A DNA stretch of 64,000 bases from an uncultured delta proteobacterium. Lineage in GTDB: Bacteria > Myxococcota_A > Polyangia > Palsa-1104. How positions within the stretch are numbered: position 1 is the stretch's first letter; each line of letters begins with the position of its first letter. The stretch lies in assembly GCA_963785725.1 (NCBI GenBank), contig CAWAWS010000014.1, positions 379,511-443,510 of the forward strand. The letters are read 5' to 3'. A program made the translations under genes and the position numbers. Shown in pieces: positions 49,201 through 57,464 of this stretch. Below the pieces are notes generated by a model that saw only the letters and a program-made list of their open reading frames with translations, did no database searches and was not told the DNA's origin.

Positions 49201-49692
49201 CTCACGACGCTCGCCGGCATGACCGCCAACGGCAACGGCTCGGTCGGCTCCACCGACGGCACCGGCGCCGCCGCGCGCTTCAACGCGCCCGAAGGCATCG
49301 CGCTCGACGGCAGCGGCAACTTGTACGTCGCCGACTCGTGGAATCATGTCATCCGCAAGGTCGAGCTCGCCACCGGCGTCGTCACCACGCCTTACGGCAA
49401 AGCGGGCGCGCCCGACGCCGTCGACGGCCTCGGCACCGACGCGCGCTTCGACGTGCCGCTCGACGTCGTCTACGACGCCGGCAGCTTGTACGTCGCCGAC
49501 TCCGGCAACGGCGCCATCCGCCGCATCGACCTGACGACGCAGCTAGTGACGACCTACGTCGGTCTATTGGGCCAGCAAGGCGTGATCACCGGCGCGCTGC
49601 CGGCGCGACTGAATCAGCCGCGCGGGCTCATCCAGATCGCGCCCGATCAATGGGCGTTCATCGACGAGCAAGCCATCTTCGTCATTCGTTAG
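46207..49692 (+). CDS. NHL-repeat lipoprotein with Ig-like domain
   Basis: Lipobox TSG-C; many DG.G.AARF..P.G.A.DG.GNLYVAD..N..IR repeats. Confidence 0.9.
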   Translation: MRSSWLWLVVALGLTSGCGSDKKAALVKPESVALTVFLDATVSDAQVATLKTLAVSDGSSNAPATYDLTATPFVARQLMVTFKADSALTSAVLVGRALDAGGDSVAQGQSATIALTPGQAVAGQLVLSTNPLPPQGDMGPTTTALTITPSSLTMAPGAIQPFTANLPVTWSVMEAAGGQIDGNGNYTAPALLGTYHVVATTTDAPTRTAVAAVLVDGRQVQLVAGALGGNGRADGIGSAARFHTPGQFAYDGAGHLYVADWLNETIRVVDTTTGGTTTLAGAAGQYGTSDGIGAAARFGGPMGLALDGKGNLYVADDASNVIRRVELATRTVTTISGAPGVAGYADGASAKYAVPASLAYDPAGFLYIADSNNSAIRKLDLSDNVASTINSDFLFPVGLAFDGTRYLYVADGREEAIGRVDTEDGLSTSLVGGEAGFRDGIGGHLFNVNQLALDAKNNILHIADFRVRTLDLQNLALATQQFEHDGIGYGIAIDENGDTLFGYDDAIIRIDSAGDNYTVVAGVEANVGYVDGTGTAARFANPRALASDGNGALFATDPGNQTVRRIALATGQTSTLAGSPWYVDADGVGTAGRLHYPQNVVSDGSGTLYIIESDTATIRKYVIATGTLTTLAGRANRPGNADGPGATAQFYEPMGACLDSGFLYVADSQNQTIRRVDVTTGAVTTIAGMTEQPGAVDTIGANAQFNIPEDVKCDGAGHLYVADWRNDAIRRVTLSATNTVDTVVGKLGAAGATNGLGGAARLNGPVALAINATTLFIADGVNDSIREARLSDFNVTTRAAGVSGGNITGIAVDGANLVYISSDKATVKSVDPSGAIAFVAGTANALPTNGQGAAAAFERPLGLWLDGGGLWLVDHDDGTVRHIDLPSANVTTGVGYGWSNAALTGTGIAANILRPHGIGFYGGALYVGDDVGTVLDQIDPTTTILTIAAGQAKQGGWDSGPVATAHIESVSSVIFDGQGALYMGDGIGCTIRAIVSGQLTTLAGMTANGNGSVGSTDGTGAAARFNAPEGIALDGSGNLYVADSWNHVIRKVELATGVVTTPYGKAGAPDAVDGLGTDARFDVPLDVVYDAGSLYVADSGNGAIRRIDLTTQLVTTYVGLLGQQGVITGALPARLNQPRGLIQIAPDQWAFIDEQAIFVIR

Positions 49693-49698
49693 CGAGCG

Positions 49699-49730
49699 CG
49701 CGGGCGGCCGAGCGATCGCGGCCGCCCGCG
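49699..49730. terminator. Hairpin between convergent genes
   Basis: 12-bp stem CGCGGGCGGCCG/CGGCCGCCCGCG; no U-tract. Confidence 0.55.
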
Positions 49731-49739
49731 GCAAGGCCG

Positions 49740-51556
49740 TTAGAACAGCTCGGTCTCGAGCGCCATCACCGTCGCCGCGCCTTCGACGATCGCGTCACGC
49801 AGCCCGCCGGCTTGCGTCAGCAGGTGATCGGCAAAGAAGCGCGCCGTCTCGAGCTTCGCGCGGTAGAACGCGCTGTCGGCGCCGCCCGCGTCGAGCTTGG
49901 CGGCCGCGATCGTCGCCGCGCGCGCCATCTGCCAGCCGCCGAGCACGATGCCGGCCAGCTTCAAATAGGGCACCGAGCCGGCGAACACGCCTCTGATGTC
50001 GCTCTTGACGTTGCCGACGATGTAGTCGACACGTCTTCGAAGGCGCGCGCGCCCGCTTCCAGCCGCTTGGCGATCGCCTTCAGCTCGGCGGCGTGCGCCG
50101 GCGACGTCGACTCGGCGAGCGCGCTCACCGTCTGCCGCACCTGCGCCACGATCGCCTTGGCCGTCGCGCCACCGTCGCGCACAGTCTTGCGGCCGATGAG
50201 ATCGTTGGCCTGGATCGCCGTCGTGCCTTCGTAGATCGGCAGGATGCGCGCGTCGCGATATTACTGCGCGGCGCCGGTCTCTTCGATGTAGCCCATGCCG
50301 CCGTGGACCTGCACGCCCAGCGAGCCACCTCGATCGACATCTCGGTGCACCAGCCTTTGACGATCGGCATCAGGAACTCGTAGAACGCCTGCTGCGCTGC
50401 TGCGTCGCCGCGTCGGGCGACTTGTGCACCGAGTCGAGGCCGCCGCCGTGACGTAGGCGAGCGCGCGCATCGCCTCGATCTGCGCGCGCATCGTCAGCAG
50501 CATGCGGCGCACGTCGGGATGGTGGATGATCGTGACCGGCCCCGGCGAGCCGGCCAAGTCGCGCCACTGCACGCGTTCTTTGGCGTACGCGACCGCCTCT
50601 GATACGCGCGCTCGGCGACGCCGATGCCCTGCATGCCGACCGAAAGCGCGCGGCGTTCATCATGATGAACATGTACTCGAGACCGCGGTTCTCCTCGCCG
50701 ACGAGATAGCCGATCGCGCCCGCTTGACCGCCGACGCTGTGGTTGCCGTCGCCGAAGAGCAAGACCGCCGTCGGGCTCGCCTTGATGCCGAGCTTGTGCT
50801 CGATGGACGCGCAGTGCACGTCGTTGCGCGCGCCGAGCGAGCCGTCGGCGTTGACCAGCACCTTCGGCACCATGAACAGCGAGATGCCCTTGACGCCTTC
50901 GGGCGCGTCCGGCGTGCGCGCCAGGACGAGGTGCACGATGTTCTCGGCCATGTCGTGCTCGCCGAACGTGATGAAAATCTTCTGCCCGAAGATGCGGTAG
51001 GTGCCGTCCGCTTGCGGCACCGCGCGCGTCCGCACCTGCGCCAAGTCGGAGCCCGCCTGCGGCTCGGTCAGGTTCATCGTCCCCGTCCACTTGCCCGAGA
51101 TGAAGTTGGCCAAGTAGGTCCGCTTTTGCGCGTCGCTGCCGGCGGTCAGAGCGCCTCGATGGCGCCGTCGGTCAGAAGCGGGCAGAGCGCGAACGACAAG
51201 CAGGCCGAGTTCAACATCTCGATGCACGGCGTGGCGATGAGCTTGGGCAGACCCTGGCCGCCGAACTCGACGTCGTGTTGCACGCCCTGCCAGCCGCCGG
51301 CGCCGTAGCTCTTGAACGCCTCTTTGAAGCCGGCGCTGGTCGTGACGTTGCCGTCGCTCCACACCGGCGGCGCGACGTCGCCGGACCGATTCAAGGGCGC
51401 GATGCGCGCCTCGACGAAGCGCGCGTTCTCCTCGAGCACCGACTGCGCGGCGTCGCTCGTCGCGTCCTCGAAGCCGGGCAGCTGCGTGACGGCGTCGAGG
51501 CCGGCCAGCTCGTTCATCACGAACAACATCTCTTTGATCGGGGCTTTGTAGCTCAT
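49740..51556 (-). pseudogene. Acyl-CoA dehydrogenase (DmdC-like long type) with about seven frameshifts and one in-frame stop; pseudogene or sequencing errors
   Basis: [79 protein letters not shown] in shifting frames. Confidence 0.85.
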
Positions 51557-51617
51557 CGTGCTCGTAGTCTCCGTAGGTTCAACGTGCAATGCAAAAGCGT
51601 TTTTCCACTATTTGGCG

Positions 51618-51911
51618 CTATCTGAACGGGCCTTGCGGCGGGCGGCCTTGAATCAGCTTGGTCTGATATTCCTCGCCGATCGGAATCTTCTCCGGCATGT
51701 GCGCGAACCACTGCGTGTAGCCGCACTTGCGACAGACGTAGAGCATCAGCTTGCCCACCGGATGCTGGCGCAGCTTGCTGGCGATGCCGTCGGTGCGATG
51801 GGTGACGGCCAGCTGCACGGCGCTGTTGTCGCCGAAGCCGAACTCGTTGGGCACCGCTTCGATCGCCTCGTGATGGCCGCACAATGGGCAAACGCCGGTT
51901 CGTAAATCCAT
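51618..51911 (-). CDS. Small zinc-ribbon protein
   Basis: CPLCG...VCRKCGYTQWF; TACGCT 6 nt upstream of ATG. Confidence 0.7.
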   Translation of the reverse strand: MDLRTGVCPLCGHHEAIEAVPNEFGFGDNSAVQLAVTHRTDGIASKLRQHPVGKLMLYVCRKCGYTQWFAHMPEKIPIGEEYQTKLIQGRPPQGPFR

Positions 51912-51981
51912 CGGCGCAGCGTAGCAAAGCGCTGGCCGAAATGTTCAAGACCGCCCGCTCGCAATTGGCCACATTCGTCGC

Positions 51982-53241
51982 ATGAACCAGACGATCTTGA
52001 TTGTCGGCGGCGGTTTGGGCGGCCTCGCGCTCGCGCAAGGCCTACTCGGCAGCGGCTTTACGGTGCGCGTCGTGGAGCGCGATCGGCCGCAGCGTTTGCA
52101 AGGGCGGCGCCTGTCGATCAACAAAATTGGGCTCGAGGCGCTGCGCCAGCTGCTGCCGCAGTCGCGTTTGGCCGAGCTTTCCGCGGTGGAAGTGGCCGAC
52201 CTCGGGCGCGACTTTCATTTCGCGTCGCCGACGCTGCGGCCGCTCGTGCGCTTCGCCGCCGCGCGCGACGGCGTGGGCGCCATCACCGTGCGCCGCGGCG
52301 GCTTGCACGCGCTGTTGGCGCGCGGTCTCGACATCGAGCACGAGCGGCAGCTGGTCGCGCTCGACGAGGACGGCGCCGCCGACGCTCGCGTGGTCGCGCG
52401 CTTCGCCGCGGGGCCGCCGATCGCCGCCGATTATGTCGTCGGCGCCGACGGCATCCGCTCGGTCGTGCGCGCGCAGCTCGCCGCCGCGCGCGCCGGCGAC
52501 CGCGGCGCCGTGCCCGAGCTCGTCATGACCGACATCGTCGTCGTCGGTGGCACCGTCGCGCGCACGGCGGCGCAGGCGGTCGCGCTGCCGCTCTTGCGCG
52601 CCGGCGCCGTGCAGTGCTTGGGCCGCGACGGCACGGCGCTGTTCGTGTCGCGCCTCGTCGACGAAACGGGGCAGTCGCGCGTCTTGTGGGCCTTGGCCCG
52701 CCGCGATCCGACCGTCGATGCGACGGCGCTGCGCGCGCAATCGCGCACGCCGGCCGGCCGCGCCGCGCTGCTCGCCGACGCCATCGCGCGCGTCGAGCGC
52801 GGCGCGTGGCACGCGGCGCTGCGCGACCTCGTGCGCGCCACCGACGGCGACGATGTCGTCGACCCGATCGTCGTCGCCACCACGCGCGTGCCCAAGCCGT
52901 CGGCGCGGACGATGAGCCGCTCGGGTCGCGTGACCCTGCTCGGCGACGCCGCGCACGCCATGCCGCCCTATCGCGGGCTCGGCGCCAACCACGCCTTCGC
53001 CGACGGCGCGCGGCTGGCGACGCTGCTGCGCCGACCGAGCCCCAATTGGCGACGACTGACGCTGACCTACGAGCGCGAAATGCTGGCCCGCGCGCGCATC
53101 GCCGTCGACGAATCGGAGGAGACGGCGCGCCTGTGCACGCTCGGCAATCCCCTCGGCCGCTGGCTGCGCGACGGCGTCTTGCGCGCGATCGGCCTGGTCA
53201 CGCGCGTGCGCCCGCTCGCCGTCGTAGACTCGAGCGTATGA
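51982..53241 (+). CDS. FAD-dependent monooxygenase
   Basis: IVGGGLGGL, VGADGIRS, LLGDAAHAMPP..GLGAN. Confidence 0.9.
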   Translation: MNQTILIVGGGLGGLALAQGLLGSGFTVRVVERDRPQRLQGRRLSINKIGLEALRQLLPQSRLAELSAVEVADLGRDFHFASPTLRPLVRFAAARDGVGAITVRRGGLHALLARGLDIEHERQLVALDEDGAADARVVARFAAGPPIAADYVVGADGIRSVVRAQLAAARAGDRGAVPELVMTDIVVVGGTVARTAAQAVALPLLRAGAVQCLGRDGTALFVSRLVDETGQSRVLWALARRDPTVDATALRAQSRTPAGRAALLADAIARVERGAWHAALRDLVRATDGDDVVDPIVVATTRVPKPSARTMSRSGRVTLLGDAAHAMPPYRGLGANHAFADGARLATLLRRPSPNWRRLTLTYEREMLARARIAVDESEETARLCTLGNPLGRWLRDGVLRAIGLVTRVRPLAVVDSSV

Positions 53242-54065
53242 GCGCGCGCGGCCACTTCAGCGTCTCCGTGCTGCCGGCGGACGCGCGCGTGGCCATCGCC
53301 TGGTTTCATCCGGCGCCGCGCCTTCTGCCGCTCGTCGAATGCTACTGGACGCTCGACGTCGCCGATGCGTCGCCGCCGCACCCGGCCGAAGTGCGCGCGC
53401 TGCCCGATGCGCGCGTCGATCTCGTCTTCGACCTGTCGCCGGACGCGACGACGGGCGCGCCGCGCGCCTGGCTGGCCGGTCCGCGCCAGTCGGCCGACTG
53501 CTATCGCCACACTCGGCCGACGCACCTCCTCGGCGCGACGCTGTTGCCGACGGCGCTCGGGCCGCTCTTCGGCCTCTCGCCGGCCCGCCTGAGCGCCGAC
53601 TGGCACGCGCTCGAGTCGCTGCTCGGCGACCTCGGTCGCGAGCTGACGGCCGCCGTCGCCGCGCTCGCCGGGCGCGACAGTCGCCTGGCGTTCCTCGATG
53701 CCTTCTTGGCCGCGCGGCTCGCCGACGCGCACGTCGATGTGCGCGTGCGCCGCGCCATCGTCGCCGTCGAAGGCGCGGGCGGCGACATCGACGTCGGCAG
53801 CCTGAGCGCGCGCGTCGCCGCCAGCCCGCGCCAGCTGACGCGCCTCTTTCGCGACTGCATGGGCATGGGCCCCAAGCGTTTCGGCCGCATCGTGCGCGCG
53901 CAGGCGGCGCTGCGGCGGCTCGTGCAGGGCGAGACGCCGCTCGCCGACTTGGCCGCCGATCTCGGTTACGCCGACCAGGCTCACCTGACGCGCGAGCTGC
54001 GTCAGCTTTTCGGCGTGGCGCCGGCGCGACTGGCGCGCCAAATTCGCCCGAGCGAAAGCCGGTGA
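53238..54065 (+). CDS. AraC family transcriptional regulator
   Basis: LVECYW, ALPDARVDL, SPRQLTRLF...GPKRF, LAADLGYADQAHLTRE; ATGA overlap. Confidence 0.9.
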   Translation: MSARGHFSVSVLPADARVAIAWFHPAPRLLPLVECYWTLDVADASPPHPAEVRALPDARVDLVFDLSPDATTGAPRAWLAGPRQSADCYRHTRPTHLLGATLLPTALGPLFGLSPARLSADWHALESLLGDLGRELTAAVAALAGRDSRLAFLDAFLAARLADAHVDVRVRRAIVAVEGAGGDIDVGSLSARVAASPRQLTRLFRDCMGMGPKRFGRIVRAQAALRRLVQGETPLADLAADLGYADQAHLTRELRQLFGVAPARLARQIRPSESR

Positions 54066-54298
54066 CGCGACTTACCTTCCCGTGTGACGCGGCTGCTCGC
54101 GCCGAAACCAGGTAGCTGCTAAAATATTCGGGCGCTCACGAATTTGGCGGTGTTTCGCTCACGACGACGCGATTCGACTGCAACCGATCGCCCGAAAACG
54201 GCACCTCATGAGCGTAGCTTTCGATTGTCATCTTGGCTCATTGGGTTCGTCGTCATTTTCGGTCGGGGCAACGCGAACGAACACGGGGAGGGTGCGAC

Positions 54299-56611
54299 GT
54301 GCTGGCGGATTTCCTTGAAGAATCGCGCGCCGAGCTGCTGCGTCGGGTCGAGACGAGCGCCGCAGGCGAGCCGCGATCGCACAAAAAAGCGGCGCAGCTG
54401 CTCGAGCTGTTGGTCACGGCGCTGCGCACCGGGCGCGGACCGCACGCCAGCCGCTGCGAGCTGCAGCTCGGCCTCTCCGCCGACCTGTTCCTGAACGAGA
54501 CGAAGTGGCTCAAAGAGGCGATCTACGCGGTCGTCGACGAGCGGCAGATCGCGGTGACCGCGGGCGAGATGCGCACGCTGGCCGAGTGGTTCGCGGCGTT
54601 GACCGAGCGCGTCTTGCGGCAGCAGAACCGACGCTTTCACAGCATGCTCGACGCCATCCCCGATCACGTGGCGCTGCACTCGCTCGACGGGCAGGCGCTC
54701 TATCTCAACCGCACGGCGCGCGCGAACATCGAGTCGTCGCTGGCCGGTCCGATTCTGCCGGGCATTCCCATGGCGCAGCAGGGCTTTCGACCCGAGGTGC
54801 TCGAGCGCTTCCAGATGGAGTTCGCCACCGCCGAGCGCGGACAGACGCTGACGACCGAGCACGCCTTTCCGACGGCCGACGGGCCGCGTTGGCGCGAGCG
54901 GCACATCAGCCCGGTCATCGGCGAAGGCGGCGTCGTCGAGGCCATCGCCGTCGCCGGCCGCGACATTCACGCGCGCAAGGTGGCCGAGGCGCGCCTGCAG
55001 CTGCTGTCGAAGGTGGGCGAGCTGGCGGAGGCGATGGACTACGAAAGCATCGTCAGCGCCGTGGCGCGCCTGTCGATCCCCGAGCTGGCCGATTGGTGCG
55101 TCGTCGACGTCGTCGAGGACGGGCAGCCGCGCCGCGGCAAGGTCGCGCACCGCGACGCCGCCAAAGCCGCGCTGGCCGAGGAGCTGCTCGGTCAGCGGCC
55201 GTCGAAGCTGCCGCAGAGCCCGAAGTGGCAGCGCCTCTTGGCCGGCGAGTCGTTGATGATGGCCGATCTGTCGGACGAGAAGCTGCGCGTCGGCGGCGCG
55301 CCCGAGAGCTTCCGCATCTTGGTCGCGCGGCTCGAGGCGCGCTCGGTGCTGACGGTGCCGTTCATCGTGCTCGGCAACCTCGTCGCCGTGGCCAACTTCT
55401 TCTTCACGGCCGAGTCGGACCGGCGCCACGGGCTGCAAGACAAGCTGCTCGGCGAAGAGCTGGCGCGACGCGCGGCGCAGATCATCGAGAACGCGCGCTT
55501 GCAGCAGCAGCTGCGGCAGAGCGAGACCCGCTTTCGCGTGGCCTTGGCGCACTCCAATATTTCGGTGTTCGAAGAGGACGTCGATGGTCGCGTGCGCTGG
55601 GTCTACAACCCGCTGTTCGGCGTCGAGGCCGACGATGTCGTGGGCAAGACGGGCGCGGATTTGGCGCTGCGCACCGACTCGGTCGAGCTCAACGAGCTGA
55701 AGCGGCGCGTGCTCGATTCGGGCGAGCGCGTGCGCACGGAGGTGGAGGCGGTCGTGGGCGGCGAGCGGCGCCATCTGCTGCTCAACTACGAGCCGCTGCG
55801 CGACGTGGGCGGGATCGTCGGGCTCATGGGCGCGGCCGTCGACATCACCGAGGCCAAAGCGGCGCAGGAGCAGCTGGCGCAAGAGCTCGGCTTCCGCGAG
55901 CAGCTGATGGGCGTGCTCAGCCACGACCTGCGCAATCCGCTCGGCGCCGTGCTCGGCTTGTCGGGGCTGTTGGCGCTGCAGGACGCGCTGCCGAGCAACA
56001 TGCGCGAGGGTCTCGAGCAGATTCAGCAGTCGGCGCGGCGCATGAACGAGATGATCGAGACGCTGCTCGACGTGACGCGCCTGCGGCAACGGCGCGGCAT
56101 CCCCTTGTCGCGGCAGCAGGTCGACCTCCTCGACCTGAGCCGCAAGGTGGCCGACGAGCTGCGCGCGGCGCATCCCGAGCGTGAGATTCGCGTCGCGGCG
56201 CGCGGCGACGTGTGCGGCCATTGGGATCCGGCGCGCATCGAGCAGGTGGCGTCGAACCTCGTGGCCAACGCGCTGACGCATGGCGCGGCGGCGTCGGCCG
56301 TCGAGCTGACGCTGGCCGGCGAAGACGAGCACGTGCAGCTGGCGGTGACGAACTGCGGGCAGGCGATCGCGCCCGACTTGATCGACCACCTGTTCGAGCC
56401 GTTCCGCCAAGGGCCGGCCGAGCGCGCCAAGCCGCGACCGAGCGGGCTCGGGCTCGGCCTCTTCATCGCGCGCCAGATCGTGCGCTCGCATGGCGGGACG
56501 ATCGCCGTGCGCTCCGACGACGAAGCGACGACGTTTACCGTTCGTCTGCCGCGCGCGGTGGCGACGACGGGGCTGGAAGCGGAGCCGATGGGGACGGGAG
56601 CAGCGGGATGA
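54299..56611 (+). CDS. Cytoplasmic PAS/GAF/PAS sensor histidine kinase
   Basis: LADWCVVD GAF, two PAS-like regions, LSHDLRNPL, NLVANALTH, FEPF, GLGLGLFI. Confidence 0.92.
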   Translation: MLADFLEESRAELLRRVETSAAGEPRSHKKAAQLLELLVTALRTGRGPHASRCELQLGLSADLFLNETKWLKEAIYAVVDERQIAVTAGEMRTLAEWFAALTERVLRQQNRRFHSMLDAIPDHVALHSLDGQALYLNRTARANIESSLAGPILPGIPMAQQGFRPEVLERFQMEFATAERGQTLTTEHAFPTADGPRWRERHISPVIGEGGVVEAIAVAGRDIHARKVAEARLQLLSKVGELAEAMDYESIVSAVARLSIPELADWCVVDVVEDGQPRRGKVAHRDAAKAALAEELLGQRPSKLPQSPKWQRLLAGESLMMADLSDEKLRVGGAPESFRILVARLEARSVLTVPFIVLGNLVAVANFFFTAESDRRHGLQDKLLGEELARRAAQIIENARLQQQLRQSETRFRVALAHSNISVFEEDVDGRVRWVYNPLFGVEADDVVGKTGADLALRTDSVELNELKRRVLDSGERVRTEVEAVVGGERRHLLLNYEPLRDVGGIVGLMGAAVDITEAKAAQEQLAQELGFREQLMGVLSHDLRNPLGAVLGLSGLLALQDALPSNMREGLEQIQQSARRMNEMIETLLDVTRLRQRRGIPLSRQQVDLLDLSRKVADELRAAHPEREIRVAARGDVCGHWDPARIEQVASNLVANALTHGAAASAVELTLAGEDEHVQLAVTNCGQAIAPDLIDHLFEPFRQGPAERAKPRPSGLGLGLFIARQIVRSHGGTIAVRSDDEATTFTVRLPRAVATTGLEAEPMGTGAAG

Positions 56612-57464
56612 CGGCGGCGGCCAGCATCGCCGTCAGATCGCGGGCCAGCGCGTGGTGATCCTCGAGCAGGTCGAGCAGCGTCTCTTCGGCGAGCCGTAAC
56701 GCCGACAGCGGCTGCGTGGCCTCGAGCTGGGTCGTGCGGTTGCGGCCGGCCAACAGCTCGAGCCCACCCAAGCCGAGCGGCTCGTCGTCGTCGTGGCCGC
56801 CGCGCAGGCTGCCGTCGAGCGGAATCAAGAGGCTGTGCGCCGCCTCGCCGCGCCGCCAGATGACGGCCCCGCGGTCGAAGCGCACCTCGCTCGCCTCTTC
56901 GTCGAGCTGCAAGAGCGCGTCGACATAGCCGCGCGCGAACGGCAGCGCCTCCTCCAGCGCCGCGATGCGCTCGACGAGGCCGGGCCGGCGATGCAGCGTG
57001 TGCCGTTCGATGGGCGCCGGCTGAACGCGGCGCGCGTCGACGAGCCAGCCGGCCAGCGCGCGCGTCGTGGCCAGCCAGCTCGGGAAGTGCTCCTCGAGCG
57101 CCTCTTCCAGCGCGCTCGCCGGCAGCTCGAGCACGATCGCGCCATCGATCGTCTCGAGCGTAAACGGCATCGTGTCGCGCGCCAGCCAGGTCAGCTCGAT
57201 GAGCCGCTTGGCGTTGAGGCCGCGCCAACGTCGCCCGTCGCGCACGAGCTCGAAGTTGCCCTGCAGGAGCAGCGGCAGCGTCGCGTGCTCGCCGCGCTCG
57301 TCGAGCGAACGGATGATCGCGCCGGCGCCATATTCCCGGCGTCGACCGAGGCTCGCCAGCGCCACCAGCGCGTCGTCGCCGAGCGCCTCGAAGCCGACCA
57401 TCGTGCGCAGCGCCAGCCGTCGCTCCAGATCGCTGAGCACCAGATCTTTGGCTCTAGGAGACAT
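56535..57464 (-). CDS. Tandem cyclic-nucleotide-binding-like domain protein
   Basis: ERRLALR / ERIAALEE helices, GAVIWRRGEAAHSL, GGLELLAGRNR; RBS GAGGT. Confidence 0.7.
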   Translation of the reverse strand: MSPRAKDLVLSDLERRLALRTMVGFEALGDDALVALASLGRRREYGAGAIIRSLDERGEHATLPLLLQGNFELVRDGRRWRGLNAKRLIELTWLARDTMPFTLETIDGAIVLELPASALEEALEEHFPSWLATTRALAGWLVDARRVQPAPIERHTLHRRPGLVERIAALEEALPFARGYVDALLQLDEEASEVRFDRGAVIWRRGEAAHSLLIPLDGSLRGGHDDDEPLGLGGLELLAGRNRTTQLEATQPLSALRLAEETLLDLLEDHHALARDLTAMLAAAVIPLLPSPSAPLPAPSSPPRAADER

